Assembly (NCBI GenBank): GCA_965197905.1
Contig: CBDAOB010000004.1
Coordinates: 320,001 to 384,000 of the forward strand
Direction of reading: 5' to 3'
Length of the DNA stretch: 64,000 nucleotides
From: Candidatus Latescibacterota bacterium
Lineage (GTDB): Bacteria > Latescibacterota > UBA2968 > UBA8231
Of this stretch, positions 20,371-29,724 are shown in pieces. Both the position numbers and the translations under genes were made by a program. Under the pieces are notes generated by a model that worked only from the letters and a program-made list of their open reading frames with translations, was not told where the DNA came from and did not search any database. Numbering within the stretch: the stretch's first letter is position 1; each line of letters opens with the position of its first letter.

Positions 20371-20931
20371 GTGCAGCTGTGCTCGGCAAACATCTGCGTC
20401 TACTGCGGATCGAAGTCAGGCACCCGCTCGACCTACCAGGACGCCGCGATCGCCCTGGGCACCGCTGTTGGACGGCGCGGCCTTGGGTTGGTCTACGGCG
20501 GCGGGAATGTCGGCCTCATGGGGCTCCTCGCCGACGCTGCTCTCGAGAACGGGGCCAGGGTTGTGGGGGTCATTCCGGAAGCCCTTAAAGAGAAGGAACT
20601 CGGCCACCGCGAGCTGCACGAGCTGGTGGTTGTCGACGATATGCACGACCGTAAGGCAATCATGGCGCAGCGAGCCGATGCCTTTGTCGCCCTTCCAGGA
20701 GGTTTCGGAACTCTGGAAGAGCTGTTCGAAGTCGTCGCCTGGAAGCAGCTGGGGTTCCACGACAAACCGATCGCGCTGCTCAATATAGCCGGCTACTTCG
20801 ACCATCTCCTGTCGTTCTTGGATCACGTTCTGCACGAGGGGTTCCTGCGCCCCGAACACCGGGAGATGCTGCTGATCGAAACCGAGGCGGATTCACTTCT
20901 GGACGAACTGCTAAGTCGCCTGCCGAACTAG
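20371..20931 (+). CDS. LOG family nucleotide 5'-monophosphate phosphoribohydrolase (TIGR00730)
   Basis: CVYCGS, VYGGGNVGLMG, MHDRK, PGGFGTLEE. Confidence 0.95.
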   Translation: MQLCSANICVYCGSKSGTRSTYQDAAIALGTAVGRRGLGLVYGGGNVGLMGLLADAALENGARVVGVIPEALKEKELGHRELHELVVVDDMHDRKAIMAQRADAFVALPGGFGTLEELFEVVAWKQLGFHDKPIALLNIAGYFDHLLSFLDHVLHEGFLRPEHREMLLIETEADSLLDELLSRLPN

Positions 20932-21034
20932 CGGGGTCCTCAAGTCCAGACGATCGGTCGTCCGCTCTAACTCCGATTGACAGATTCAGGTCCAGTCTGC
21001 TAGTTGGGTACTCGACCGATGGCAGAATCTGGCG

Positions 21035-23037
21035 ATGTCCCTACCTACACCCTCCGATTCACACGACAAGAATTCTGAAGACCTAGCCCGCCGGCTGGAA
21101 GAGACCACCTTCCGGCTCAACCAGAAAATCGTCCAGCTGGAAACACTGCATCAGGCGGGTTTGGCGTTGGCCGCTTCGCTGCAGGTAGAAGAGGTAATGG
21201 GCGAGTCCATGCTTCTCGCCGTGGGCATGGTGGATGCCCACGGCGGATTTCTGTTTCTAAAAGAAGAAACCGGAAATCGATTGGCACTCGCGCGGCATAC
21301 CAACCTGTCGCCGGAACAGATTGTTCTCCTCAGCAATGGCCCGGTGCACGACGAGCTCCAGTTGGCGATGACTCGCAACATACCCTCGGTTTTCGGTCCC
21401 GACGATCTCCCCGACGACCTGGAGATCCAGTTCATGCTGGTAGTTCCGGTCTCCGAGTTGGGATTCATCGGTGTTGTGGACAAAGAGAGTCGCTCCGGTA
21501 TTCAGAGTTTTACCGAAGGCGACGGGCATTTGCTCGACCTGATGGCGCAACAGGCGGGGAGCGCCCTGGCGAACGCTCGCCTCTACCGCAACATGGTGGA
21601 AGAGAAAAATCTGACCCAGAGCATTCTCGGCAGCATCGCGGACGGGTTGGTATCGACCGACCTCGCCGGAAAGATCGTCCGGGTAAACCCGGCAGCGCTG
21701 CGAATATTCTCGGATGAGGAAGACTTCCTCGGTCGCTCGTCGGTAAGGTTCTTCGAGCTCTACGGCTGTGAGCGCATCGCCCAGGCGGTGAGCCTGTCGC
21801 TGAGCGATGGCCGCGAGCGACGAATCGAAAACGAACAGGGAGAGCAGGATTCGTTGAGTCTGAACGCCCATGTAACGCCGCTGCTGAACGAGACCGATGC
21901 GGTTCAAGGAGTCGTCGTTGCCCTCGAAGACCTCACCCCACAAACGCGAATTCAGAGCATGTTCAAGCAGTACGCCAGCGACCAGGTCGTAGACCTTTTG
22001 CTGTCGGCTGACACCCAACCCGCCCTTGGCGGGGAACAGCTTGTTGCGACGATGTTGTTTGTCGACCTGGTGGGTCGACCGAGCTGCTGGGCAAGATCGG
22101 CCCCGAAGAAATGGTAGACCTTCTCAACGACTGTTTTACCCGCCTGGTGGATATCGTATTCGACTACAATGGAACGTTGGATAAGTACATGGGGGACGGC
22201 TTCCTGGCTGTGTTTGGGGTGCCGGTAACCTTCTCCGACGACAGCAAACGAGCGGTGCGCAGCGCCTTGGCCATCCGCTCGGAGATGCGGCGCTTCAGTG
22301 AGGAGAATCAGCAAAACTGGGGGATCAGCATTGGCATCAGCCGCGGTTCGGTGGTTGCCGGCAACATCGGTTCGTTGCGGCGTATGGAGTACACGGTGAT
22401 TGGTCCCGATGTAAATCTCGCGGCCAGGCTGTGCGACAAAGCGCGGTCGGGCGAGATCCTCGTCAGCTCGATCGTTCAAAACGAACTTCAGGACGAATTT
22501 GAATTCGGCTACCTGGGACCGCAACTGTTCAAGGGAACCAGAGAGCCGATTGAGGTATACGAGCTCCTCGGACTACAGGGGACCCCGAAATCGGCGCCGA
22601 TTGCCGTACCCACAATCGAACCTCAGACACAGGCCGCCCGGGTCGACCTGAGCATTCCGATGCTGCCGCAGATGGAGCTCACCGCCAGTCAAACCGCAGA
22701 GGCCGTGGGTGCCTTCATGAATCTTGCCGAGGAGAAGGTAGAAGAGGTCAAGCTGGCGTTGATCGAGGCATGTATCAACGCTTTCGAACATAGTCAGGCG
22801 AAGGATCGGCGGCTGCAGATCGATTTGGAGGCGGGGGAGAAGGAGCTCGTAATCAAAGTATCCGACCGCGGCCACGGCTTCGACATTGTTTCGGTGCGCG
22901 AGGACCTGGACCGGCGGCGCCGTGACGGCAACAAGAAGCGGGGTTGGGGTCTGGAATTGATGCGGCAGCTGATGGATGAGGTAGATCTGCAGTCTGGAAG
23001 CGACGGAACGACGATCACTCTGGTCAAACGTCGTTAG
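21035..23037 (+). CDS. GAF-PAS-class III adenylate cyclase-RsbW-like anti-sigma kinase fusion, split by a 1-nt frameshift near 22073
   Basis: Adding one base at GTGGGTCG restores LFVDLVGSTELLGKIGPEEMVDLLN. Cyclase motifs DKYMGDG and YTVIGPDVNLAARL. C-terminal EACINAFEH, DRGHGFD, GWGLELM. Confidence 0.85.
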
Positions 23038-23051
23038 GCAGAATCCCGACG

Positions 23052-23858
23052 TTAGGCGGTATCTCGCAGCCCGTTTAGCTCGTCGCGGATGGAAGCGGCG
23101 CGCTCGAATTCTTCCTGGTCGACCGCCTCTTGCAGCTCCTGCTCCAAACTTTCGGTGCGACTCGGTGGCCGACTGGATCTCAGGGACTCCTCCAACTCGT
23201 CCAACGCTTCGTGAGAGCGTTTCCGCTCGGCGAAGAACTCTTCGGCATCCACCTCCGCCAGGTCGTCGATCTGCTCTCTCGCTTCCCCGACGATCTCCAG
23301 GGCGCTGTCGAAGTCGCCGCGGCCCTGCGCCACCATTGAGCGAGCGGTTGCGTTGATGCGCAGTATATAGGGCCACCACTTCTCCAGATTGAGTCGGTCT
23401 TCCTCCCCTTCGCCATACGTATTGACGAAGCGAAACAGTTCCATGTTGCGTTCCGTGTCCCGGACCACTCTGTCGTAATCCTTAATCTGTAACAGAAAGG
23501 CGTAGCGGCCATAAACTCGCGCGCCTTCTTCGAAGAGTTCCTGACAGGCAGCGCCGTCCAGTGAAAAACCGGTGTCATCCTGATTCTCGCGACGATGCAC
23601 GTCGAGAAGACCACAATAATAATCCAACGCGAAGTCGCGGCCGTGAGGTTTCTTGCCGTCCGGTCGGCCGTCGAGGCTTAGCTGCAAGATGCCCTGGAAA
23701 GCACCTTGGTCCACGCGCACCTGAACCTTCTGAACCCCGTCGGCTCCCGTGATCTTCCTGACGTTCGAGTCGGGATTGAAATTCCAGGCCTGGATGAGCG
23801 GCGTTAGATCCTGCTCCTCCCCAGCCTCAGCGGATTTATCTGGTTCGAACTGCTCCAC
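23052..23858 (-). CDS. UVR (UvrB/UvrC) motif-containing protein
   Basis: C-terminal LQEAVDQEEFERAASIRDEL coiled coil; N-terminal GRPDG motif; start uncertain. Confidence 0.75.
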   Translation of the reverse strand: MEQFEPDKSAEAGEEQDLTPLIQAWNFNPDSNVRKITGADGVQKVQVRVDQGAFQGILQLSLDGRPDGKKPHGRDFALDYYCGLLDVHRRENQDDTGFSLDGAACQELFEEGARVYGRYAFLLQIKDYDRVVRDTERNMELFRFVNTYGEGEEDRLNLEKWWPYILRINATARSMVAQGRGDFDSALEIVGEAREQIDDLAEVDAEEFFAERKRSHEALDELEESLRSSRPPSRTESLEQELQEAVDQEEFERAASIRDELNGLRDTA

Positions 23859-24065
23859 GAAGGTATGATATCCCGCAGGAGTTCGGCTGTCAAACTTCGT
23901 TGCCCCCCGATCGCGGGGACTTGCAAGCCCACTAACTACAGGGCCCGAACCGAGACCAGCAACCCACTCCTTATAATCTTCCACAGCTTTGCAGATTTTT
24001 ACGAAGTGGTGTAATATTGAGGGTAGCTGATCATAAAAAGGGACCTATGGACAACTCAGATATTG

Positions 24066-24137
24066 GACAAAAATGAAGATTTTTGACATATTTACGACGT
24101 ATTTGTCAAGTTAGATAGATTTAGCAACGAAATTGTA
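24066..24137. promoter_or_regulatory. Cluster of GACR-N4-TGTY-like sites upstream of the NifA-like gene
   Basis: GACAAAAATGAA (24066), GACGTATTTGTC (24096), AACGAAATTGTA (24126): 30-bp periodicity. Confidence 0.55.
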
Positions 24138-24166
24138 GTGTGTCTTAGCGCCGTAAAAGGAAGTTA

Positions 24167-25717
24167 ATGAATACTTCGGTCGCCAATGTAGAGAAAGCGC
24201 AGAGACAGGTGGAGGTACTGCACGAGATGGGGCAGACCCTCGGCGCTAGCTCTGATTTGGAGGAAGCCTTGCGCGGATGTCTGAAACTCCTGTGCGATCG
24301 CATGGATATGGCCCTCGGCACCGTAAGCCTGGTCGGGCGGGAGGGGGAGGACATATCTATCGACGTGGCGTATGGTCTGTCGCGCAGGGAGATCGAACGT
24401 GGCCGCTACAAGATGGGCGAGGGCATTACCGGCAAGGTGGTGGAATCGGGCAAACCGGTGATCGTACCCCGGATTAGTAGCGAGCCCCTGTTTCTGGACC
24501 GCACCGGGGCGCGGAAGCGGACGCGAAAGTCTCAAACATCGTTCGTATGCGTTCCGGTAGTCGTGCAGAAACGGGCAAACGGCACCTTGAGCGTCGACAC
24601 CCCGTACAGGGACGACCACCTGCTCCAGGAGAACGTCCGTTTTCTGACGATAGTGGCGACCATGATTGGTCAGTCGGTGGCTGCCCGCAAAGCTGCGCGC
24701 CAGGAACGCAGCCGCCTGCTCAACGAGAACAAACGCTTACAGGACGAGCTTCGCGAGCGGTTCCACCCTGCCAATATCGTCGGCAACTCGCGCCCGATGC
24801 AGGAGGTGGGCGAGATGGTAGGTCAAGTGGCGCCGAGCTCGGCAACCGTGCTTCTCCGGGGCGAGAGCGGTACGGGCAAGGAGATGATTGCGGACGCCCT
24901 GCACTTCAACAGCCTTCGAGCCAACAAACCGTTCGTCAAGGTACACCTGGCAGCCCTTCCGGAGAGCCTCGTTGAAAGCGAGCTATTCGGACATGAGAAA
25001 GGTGCGTTTACAGGCGCATCCGCCAGCAAAGAGGGTCGTTTCGAGCGTGCGCACCAGGGCACACTGTTCCTCGATGAAATCGGCGAGCTCAGCCCATCCA
25101 TCCAGATAAAGTTGTTGAGAGTCCTGCAGTCTCAAGAAGTGGAACGACTCGGTGGCACCAAACCAGTGTCGGTGGATGTCCGGGTCATAGCCGCGACCCA
25201 CGTAAACCTCGAGACAGCAGTCGCCAACGGCCGTTTCCGCGAGGATCTTTTCTACCGACTGAACGTCTTCCCGATCTTCCTGCCCCCCCTGCGGGAGCGA
25301 AAATCCGACATCCTGCTGCTTGCCGACAGCTTCCTCGAGAAATACGCCCGCCAGCACGGCAAGGATCTCAAACGGATGTCCACCCCCGCCATCGACATGC
25401 TGATGAGCTACCATTGGCCAGGAAATGTGCGCGAGCTGGAGAATTGCGTCGAACGCGCGGTCATCCTCAGCTCTGACGGGGTCGTCCACGGGCACCACCT
25501 ACCACCCTCTCTGCAGACAGCGTCAGCAACCGGCACTCCGGTATCCGGCTCGTTCGAGGCCCTGATGAACTCCTACGAGAAGGAGATTCTGGTAGAGGCG
25601 TTGAAAAACGCTCGCGGCAATATGGCCAAGGCGGCCCGAATGATCGGCACCACCCAACGAATTCTCGCCTACCGAACCCGCAAACTGGACATCGACTCCA
25701 CACATTTCAAAAAGTAG
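24167..25717 (+). CDS. GAF-AAA+-HTH sigma54 activator, NifA-like
   Basis: GAF ([23 protein letters not shown]), [27 protein letters not shown]. Confidence 0.93.
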   Translation: MNTSVANVEKAQRQVEVLHEMGQTLGASSDLEEALRGCLKLLCDRMDMALGTVSLVGREGEDISIDVAYGLSRREIERGRYKMGEGITGKVVESGKPVIVPRISSEPLFLDRTGARKRTRKSQTSFVCVPVVVQKRANGTLSVDTPYRDDHLLQENVRFLTIVATMIGQSVAARKAARQERSRLLNENKRLQDELRERFHPANIVGNSRPMQEVGEMVGQVAPSSATVLLRGESGTGKEMIADALHFNSLRANKPFVKVHLAALPESLVESELFGHEKGAFTGASASKEGRFERAHQGTLFLDEIGELSPSIQIKLLRVLQSQEVERLGGTKPVSVDVRVIAATHVNLETAVANGRFREDLFYRLNVFPIFLPPLRERKSDILLLADSFLEKYARQHGKDLKRMSTPAIDMLMSYHWPGNVRELENCVERAVILSSDGVVHGHHLPPSLQTASATGTPVSGSFEALMNSYEKEILVEALKNARGNMAKAARMIGTTQRILAYRTRKLDIDSTHFKK

Positions 25718-25772
25718 CGAGACCAGGCCGAGGACTGGCTCCTCGAATCCCCCTGATCTGATTCGTAGATTC

Positions 25773-25814
25773 GACGAAAATGTTGGCGTTTATCCGGATA
25801 ACGACATTTTTGTT
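25773..25814. promoter_or_regulatory. Paired upstream activator sites for the amtB promoter
   Basis: GACGAAAATGTT (25773) and GACATTTTTGTT (25803), 30 bp apart and 105-145 bp upstream of the sigma54 promoter. Confidence 0.6.
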
Positions 25815-25917
25815 CAGAACAGTGTCGTCCCACCTTTTACCGGCCATCCTCTTCACAGATTCTTAAATCTCAAATAAACAATAACTAAGAGCTTCCCGAG
25901 AAAGGCTGCTTGGTGCT

Positions 25918-25933
25918 TGGCATCCCGCTTGCT
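25918..25933 (+). promoter_or_regulatory. Sigma54 (-24/-12) promoter of amtB-glnK
   Basis: TGGCATCCCGCTTGCT, near consensus with exact spacing. Confidence 0.85.
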
Positions 25934-26025
25934 ACCAACAGCCGCTTTAAGCGCGCTGCTCGGGCCCGGCACTCATCGGAGGAGGTGCTGACGCCCCATT
26001 TTCGAATCTTCCATAGGAGGGAGCC

Positions 26026-27345
26026 ATGCTCAAATTGCTGACACCGATGTTCCTGCTCGCTGGGGCGGGCGCGGCTTTCGGTGCTGATTTCAAGACCGTG
26101 GAGGAGTTTCAAAACACCCCCCTGGTCTATCCCAAGTTCGTCGTCGACAACTTGTGGATACTCATTGCCGCCGCCCTGGTTTTTATCATGCACCTGGGTT
26201 TTGCCACCTTGGAGTCGGGCCTCACTCGTCAGAAGAACACGGTGAACATCCTCTTCAAGAATCTCTTTATCATCTCGGTCGGTTTGATCACCTACGCGTT
26301 GACCGGTTTCCACACGATGTATCCGGGTGATTTCAACGGCTACCTCTCCATCCAGGGCGCTCTCGGTTTTAGCGGGGACATGGCCAACCTTACTTCGGCC
26401 TACGCGAACTACACCTATTGGACCGATTTCATCTTCCAGGCCATGTTCGCCGCCACCGCGGCGACTATCGTTTCCGGCGCCGTTGCCGAGCGGGTCAAGC
26501 TGCCCAGTTTCATGTTCTACGCCACTATTCTGGTCGCCTTCTTCTACCCCATCGCCGGATCCTGGAAATGGGGGGGCGGCTGGCTCGACCAGATGGGGTT
26601 CTACGATTTCGCCGGTTCCAGCATCGTACATGCTTTCGGCGGATTCTCTGCCCTGGCCTGTGTGCTGTTTCTCGGCCCGCGCAACGGCAAGTACACCGAG
26701 TCTGGAGAAGTGAGACCCATTCTGGGCCACAGTATGCCGCTGGCGACCATCGGTGTCTTCTTGCTGTGGCTCGGGTGGTTCGGTTTCAACGGCGGCTCAG
26801 TGCTGAGTGCGGAGCCGGGAGCGCTCTCCCTGGTATTCGTCACGACCTCGCTGGCTGCCGCGGCCGGCTGCCTCGGCGCCATGTTCCTGTCGATGATCTA
26901 CCTCAAGAAGCCGGACATCACCATGGCATTGAACGGCGTTCTGGCAGGGTTGGTCGGCATCACCGCCGGCGCCGACTCGGTCACCTGGATCGGGGCTATC
27001 CTGATCGGCTTGATCGCCGGGTGCATCGTCGTGTTCGCTATCGTCTTCATCGATCGGATCAAGATCGACGACCCGGTGGGTGCGATCTCAGTGCATGGAA
27101 TCTGCGGAATATGGGGCACGGTCGCCGTCGGTATCTTCAGCACTAACGAGGCTCACACCGTCGGTACCCAGATTATCGGAACCCTCTCCTACGCCATCTT
27201 CGCGTTCGTGGCTTCCGCGATTTTGATCGCCGTCATCAAAGCTACGGTGGGCATCCGCGTCAGCGCGGAGGAGGAGGAAGAAGGATTGGATATCGGTGAA
27301 CACGGCCAGCCTTCGTACGCAGACTTTCATCCCATCCACAACTGA
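26026..27345 (+). CDS. amtB: Ammonium transporter
   Basis: FAATAATIVSGAVAER, DFAGSSIVH, GWFGFNGGS, DDPVGAISVHG. Confidence 0.97.
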   Translation: MLKLLTPMFLLAGAGAAFGADFKTVEEFQNTPLVYPKFVVDNLWILIAAALVFIMHLGFATLESGLTRQKNTVNILFKNLFIISVGLITYALTGFHTMYPGDFNGYLSIQGALGFSGDMANLTSAYANYTYWTDFIFQAMFAATAATIVSGAVAERVKLPSFMFYATILVAFFYPIAGSWKWGGGWLDQMGFYDFAGSSIVHAFGGFSALACVLFLGPRNGKYTESGEVRPILGHSMPLATIGVFLLWLGWFGFNGGSVLSAEPGALSLVFVTTSLAAAAGCLGAMFLSMIYLKKPDITMALNGVLAGLVGITAGADSVTWIGAILIGLIAGCIVVFAIVFIDRIKIDDPVGAISVHGICGIWGTVAVGIFSTNEAHTVGTQIIGTLSYAIFAFVASAILIAVIKATVGIRVSAEEEEEGLDIGEHGQPSYADFHPIHN

Positions 27346-27362
27346 TCGGTCAGGAGATTGAT

Positions 27363-27701
27363 ATGTACAAAATTGAAGCCTTTTTGCGTCCTGCCGCGCT
27401 GGAACCGGTGCAGGAGGCCCTGGCAAAGATCGACATCGCGGGCATGTCGGTAATCGAAGTCCGCGGATTTGGTCGACAACACGGCCACCGAGAGGTGTAT
27501 AGAGGGGCTGAGTATAGAGTCGACTTCGTTCCGAAGATCAAGGTGGAAATTGCTGTTACCGAAGGCGATCGGGACCGTGCGATCGACGCCATCGCCGCCG
27601 CTGCCAAGACCGGCAAGGTCGGTGACGGCAAGGTCTTTGTTGTTCCCATCGAAAATGCCGTGCGCATCCGCACCGGAGAATCGGGCGACAGCGCTCTGTA
27701 A
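27363..27701 (+). CDS. glnK: P-II nitrogen regulatory protein
   Basis: 112 aa; GFGRQ, T-loop YRGAEY (Tyr51), TGKVGDGKVF, RIRTGE; linked to amtB. Confidence 0.95.
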   Translation: MYKIEAFLRPAALEPVQEALAKIDIAGMSVIEVRGFGRQHGHREVYRGAEYRVDFVPKIKVEIAVTEGDRDRAIDAIAAAAKTGKVGDGKVFVVPIENAVRIRTGESGDSAL

Positions 27702-27759
27702 GATCACCAAACAAACGGGCGCATTGGTGCCCAGACATCTTTACCCAAGGAGGAACCTC

Positions 27760-28401
27760 TTGAGCAAGCAGATTATCAAACTACTGGGTTTCGTAGCAGC
27801 GCTTACCACCGCCGTGCCCGCCGCGAACGCAGAGGTTGGCATGGGTGCCGACGTGGTGAGCCGCTACGTATGGCGGGGTACCGATTTCGGCAACTCCGCA
27901 TCGGTGCAGCCGTTTATTTCCTACACCATGGGAGCCATCGAGATAGGCGCCTGGTCTTCGTGGGCGATCTCCGCTGGCGGCGCCAACGAGAACGATCTTT
28001 ACGCCACCTATTCGGCGGGGCCGCTTTCGGTGACCCTTACCGACTACTTCTTCCCAACCGCCCAGGAATCGGACTTTTTCAGTTTCAGCGACGGCGACGA
28101 GGAGCATGTCCTTGAGATCTCGGCCGCCTATGAAATGGGAGCCTTGAGTGTTATGGGAGCCTTCAACTTCTCGGGCGACCCGGACAATTCGTTCTACGTT
28201 GAGGGCGGCTACGAGCTCTTGGCCGACGACGACATGACCGTCGGCCTGTCGGTTGGCGCCGGCAACGAAGTCTACGCGGTCGATGCCGATCCGATGATTG
28301 TCGCCGTGGGACTGAACGTCACCAAGGGCGCGTATATGGCTTCCTACATCTTGAATCCGGAAGCGGAGACCACCTTTCTCGTATTCGGCCGCAGCTTCTG
28401 A
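27760..28401 (+). CDS. TorF / TIGR02001-like putative outer-membrane porin
   Basis: TTG start after AAGGAGG; signal peptide; VSRYVWRG, ENDLY; terminal Phe. Confidence 0.78.
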   Translation: MSKQIIKLLGFVAALTTAVPAANAEVGMGADVVSRYVWRGTDFGNSASVQPFISYTMGAIEIGAWSSWAISAGGANENDLYATYSAGPLSVTLTDYFFPTAQESDFFSFSDGDEEHVLEISAAYEMGALSVMGAFNFSGDPDNSFYVEGGYELLADDDMTVGLSVGAGNEVYAVDADPMIVAVGLNVTKGAYMASYILNPEAETTFLVFGRSF

Positions 28402-28410
28402 GCACACGAC

Positions 28411-28537
28411 TGGACTGCAGGGGTCCTGGATCACAGGAATAGTTACTTCCCGGGGGAACTCGGTGGTGTAACTCTTGGCATGTGGTCACGTTTCATCCCT
28501 CCGTAAGTGGCCGCAGGCAATAGGCCCCTGCAGTCTA
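28411..28537 (+). ncRNA. Candidate structured RNA (four-way junction)
   Basis: 13-bp closing stem plus three internal stems, a GNRA loop and several G-U pairs that favour the + strand; no known family recognised. Confidence 0.45.
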
Positions 28538-28617
28538 CTTTTGCGATTCCGCCGGGGAAGTGAGAAAAGCGATCTCGTCCTGCAATGAAATAGCCTTGCA
28601 AACCTAAGTGAAGATCG

Positions 28618-28656
28618 GGGTCCGACGTGAACCTGCGTCGGACCCTCTTGCGTTTG
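28618..28656 (+). terminator. Strong hairpin, possible intrinsic terminator
   Basis: GGGTCCGACG-N8-CGTCGGACCC followed by TCTTGCGTTTG (weak U tract). Confidence 0.5.
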
Positions 28657-28815
28657 CGCTCGAACCTTTGGTAAGCGATCGATCGATTGGCTATTATTTG
28701 ATCCTCGACCAAGTGGCGATTGTTTTAAGCTGATCCAGGCGCCGACAGACTTTCCTCCGATCTGGCCGACGATCCTTGATCGAAAGCCGCACTGATTTCG
28801 AACCAGCCTTTATCC

Positions 28816-29724
28816 ATGTCCGAACATTTGACTCTGGGAACCCGTGGCAGCAAGCTCGCGCTGACGCAGAGCAACTGGGTCCGGAGGCTGTTGCAGAAAC
28901 ATTCCCCAGGTCTGGAAGTCGTTCTCGAGATCGTCGAAACCCATGGCGATCGCACCGCGGGGTCACTGCGCTCGTTCGGCGGACAAGGTCTGTTTACCGC
29001 CGAATTGGAGCAAGCGCTGTTGGACAGACGCATTGACCTGGCGGTCCACAGCCTCAAGGATCTGCCAGCGCGTCTTCACGACAACCTCACCATCGCCGCC
29101 ATACCCGCGCGCGAAGATGCGCGGGATGTTCTCGTCGGCTGTAGCTTCGATTCCCTCGCCCAGGGTGCTCGGTTGGGTACCGGCAGTCTGCGCCGGCAAG
29201 CTCAGCTGCTGGCCCTGCGCCCGGATCTCTCCTTCGTCGAGATACGGGGCAACATCGATACTCGCATTTCCAAGATGCAGAATGGCGACTGTGACGCCCT
29301 GGCGCTCGCAGCGGCAGCCCTGCACAGGCTAGACTGGAATTCCGCGATAGGCAGCTATTTCGAGGTGGAGCAGATGCTGCCTGCCGTGGGTCAAGGTGCC
29401 CTGGCCCTGCAGATGAGGCGCGATGATCCACGGACGTCGTTGGCAGCAGCGATCCAGGATGCTGACAGCTTTGCTGCGGTCTCCGCGGAGCGCAGTTTTC
29501 TCTGGCATCTCGGCGGCGGCTGCCAGGCGCCGATCGCGGCATGGGGCAGGATCTCCGGAACGGAGCTTCTTCTGACGGGATTGGTCGCGGAGGCAGATGG
29601 CAGCCGCCTCGTCCGTGCCGAGGGTCGCACCGGCGGCGACGCCACGGATCTCGGCAAGATCGTCGCCGACAAACTGCGAGCCCAGGGAGCCGCCGACATC
29701 CTCGAGCGGAGCGCGCAGCGATGA
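28816..29724 (+). CDS. hemC: Hydroxymethylbilane synthase
   Basis: GTRGSKLALTQ, AVHSLKDLP, GTGSLRR, IRGNIDTR, GGGCQAPI. Confidence 0.97.
   Translation: MSEHLTLGTRGSKLALTQSNWVRRLLQKHSPGLEVVLEIVETHGDRTAGSLRSFGGQGLFTAELEQALLDRRIDLAVHSLKDLPARLHDNLTIAAIPAREDARDVLVGCSFDSLAQGARLGTGSLRRQAQLLALRPDLSFVEIRGNIDTRISKMQNGDCDALALAAAALHRLDWNSAIGSYFEVEQMLPAVGQGALALQMRRDDPRTSLAAAIQDADSFAAVSAERSFLWHLGGGCQAPIAAWGRISGTELLLTGLVAEADGSRLVRAEGRTGGDATDLGKIVADKLRAQGAADILERSAQR

Noticed and set aside
24167..25717. Calling this gene nifA / inferring nitrogen fixation
   Set aside because: No nif genes in the window and no TGT-N10-ACA sites recognised; the context is ammonium uptake.
28411..28656. Cobalamin, glutamine, ZTP or c-di-GMP riboswitch, or 6S RNA
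   Set aside because: The conserved cores of these families could not be matched by eye; kept only as an unassigned structured candidate.
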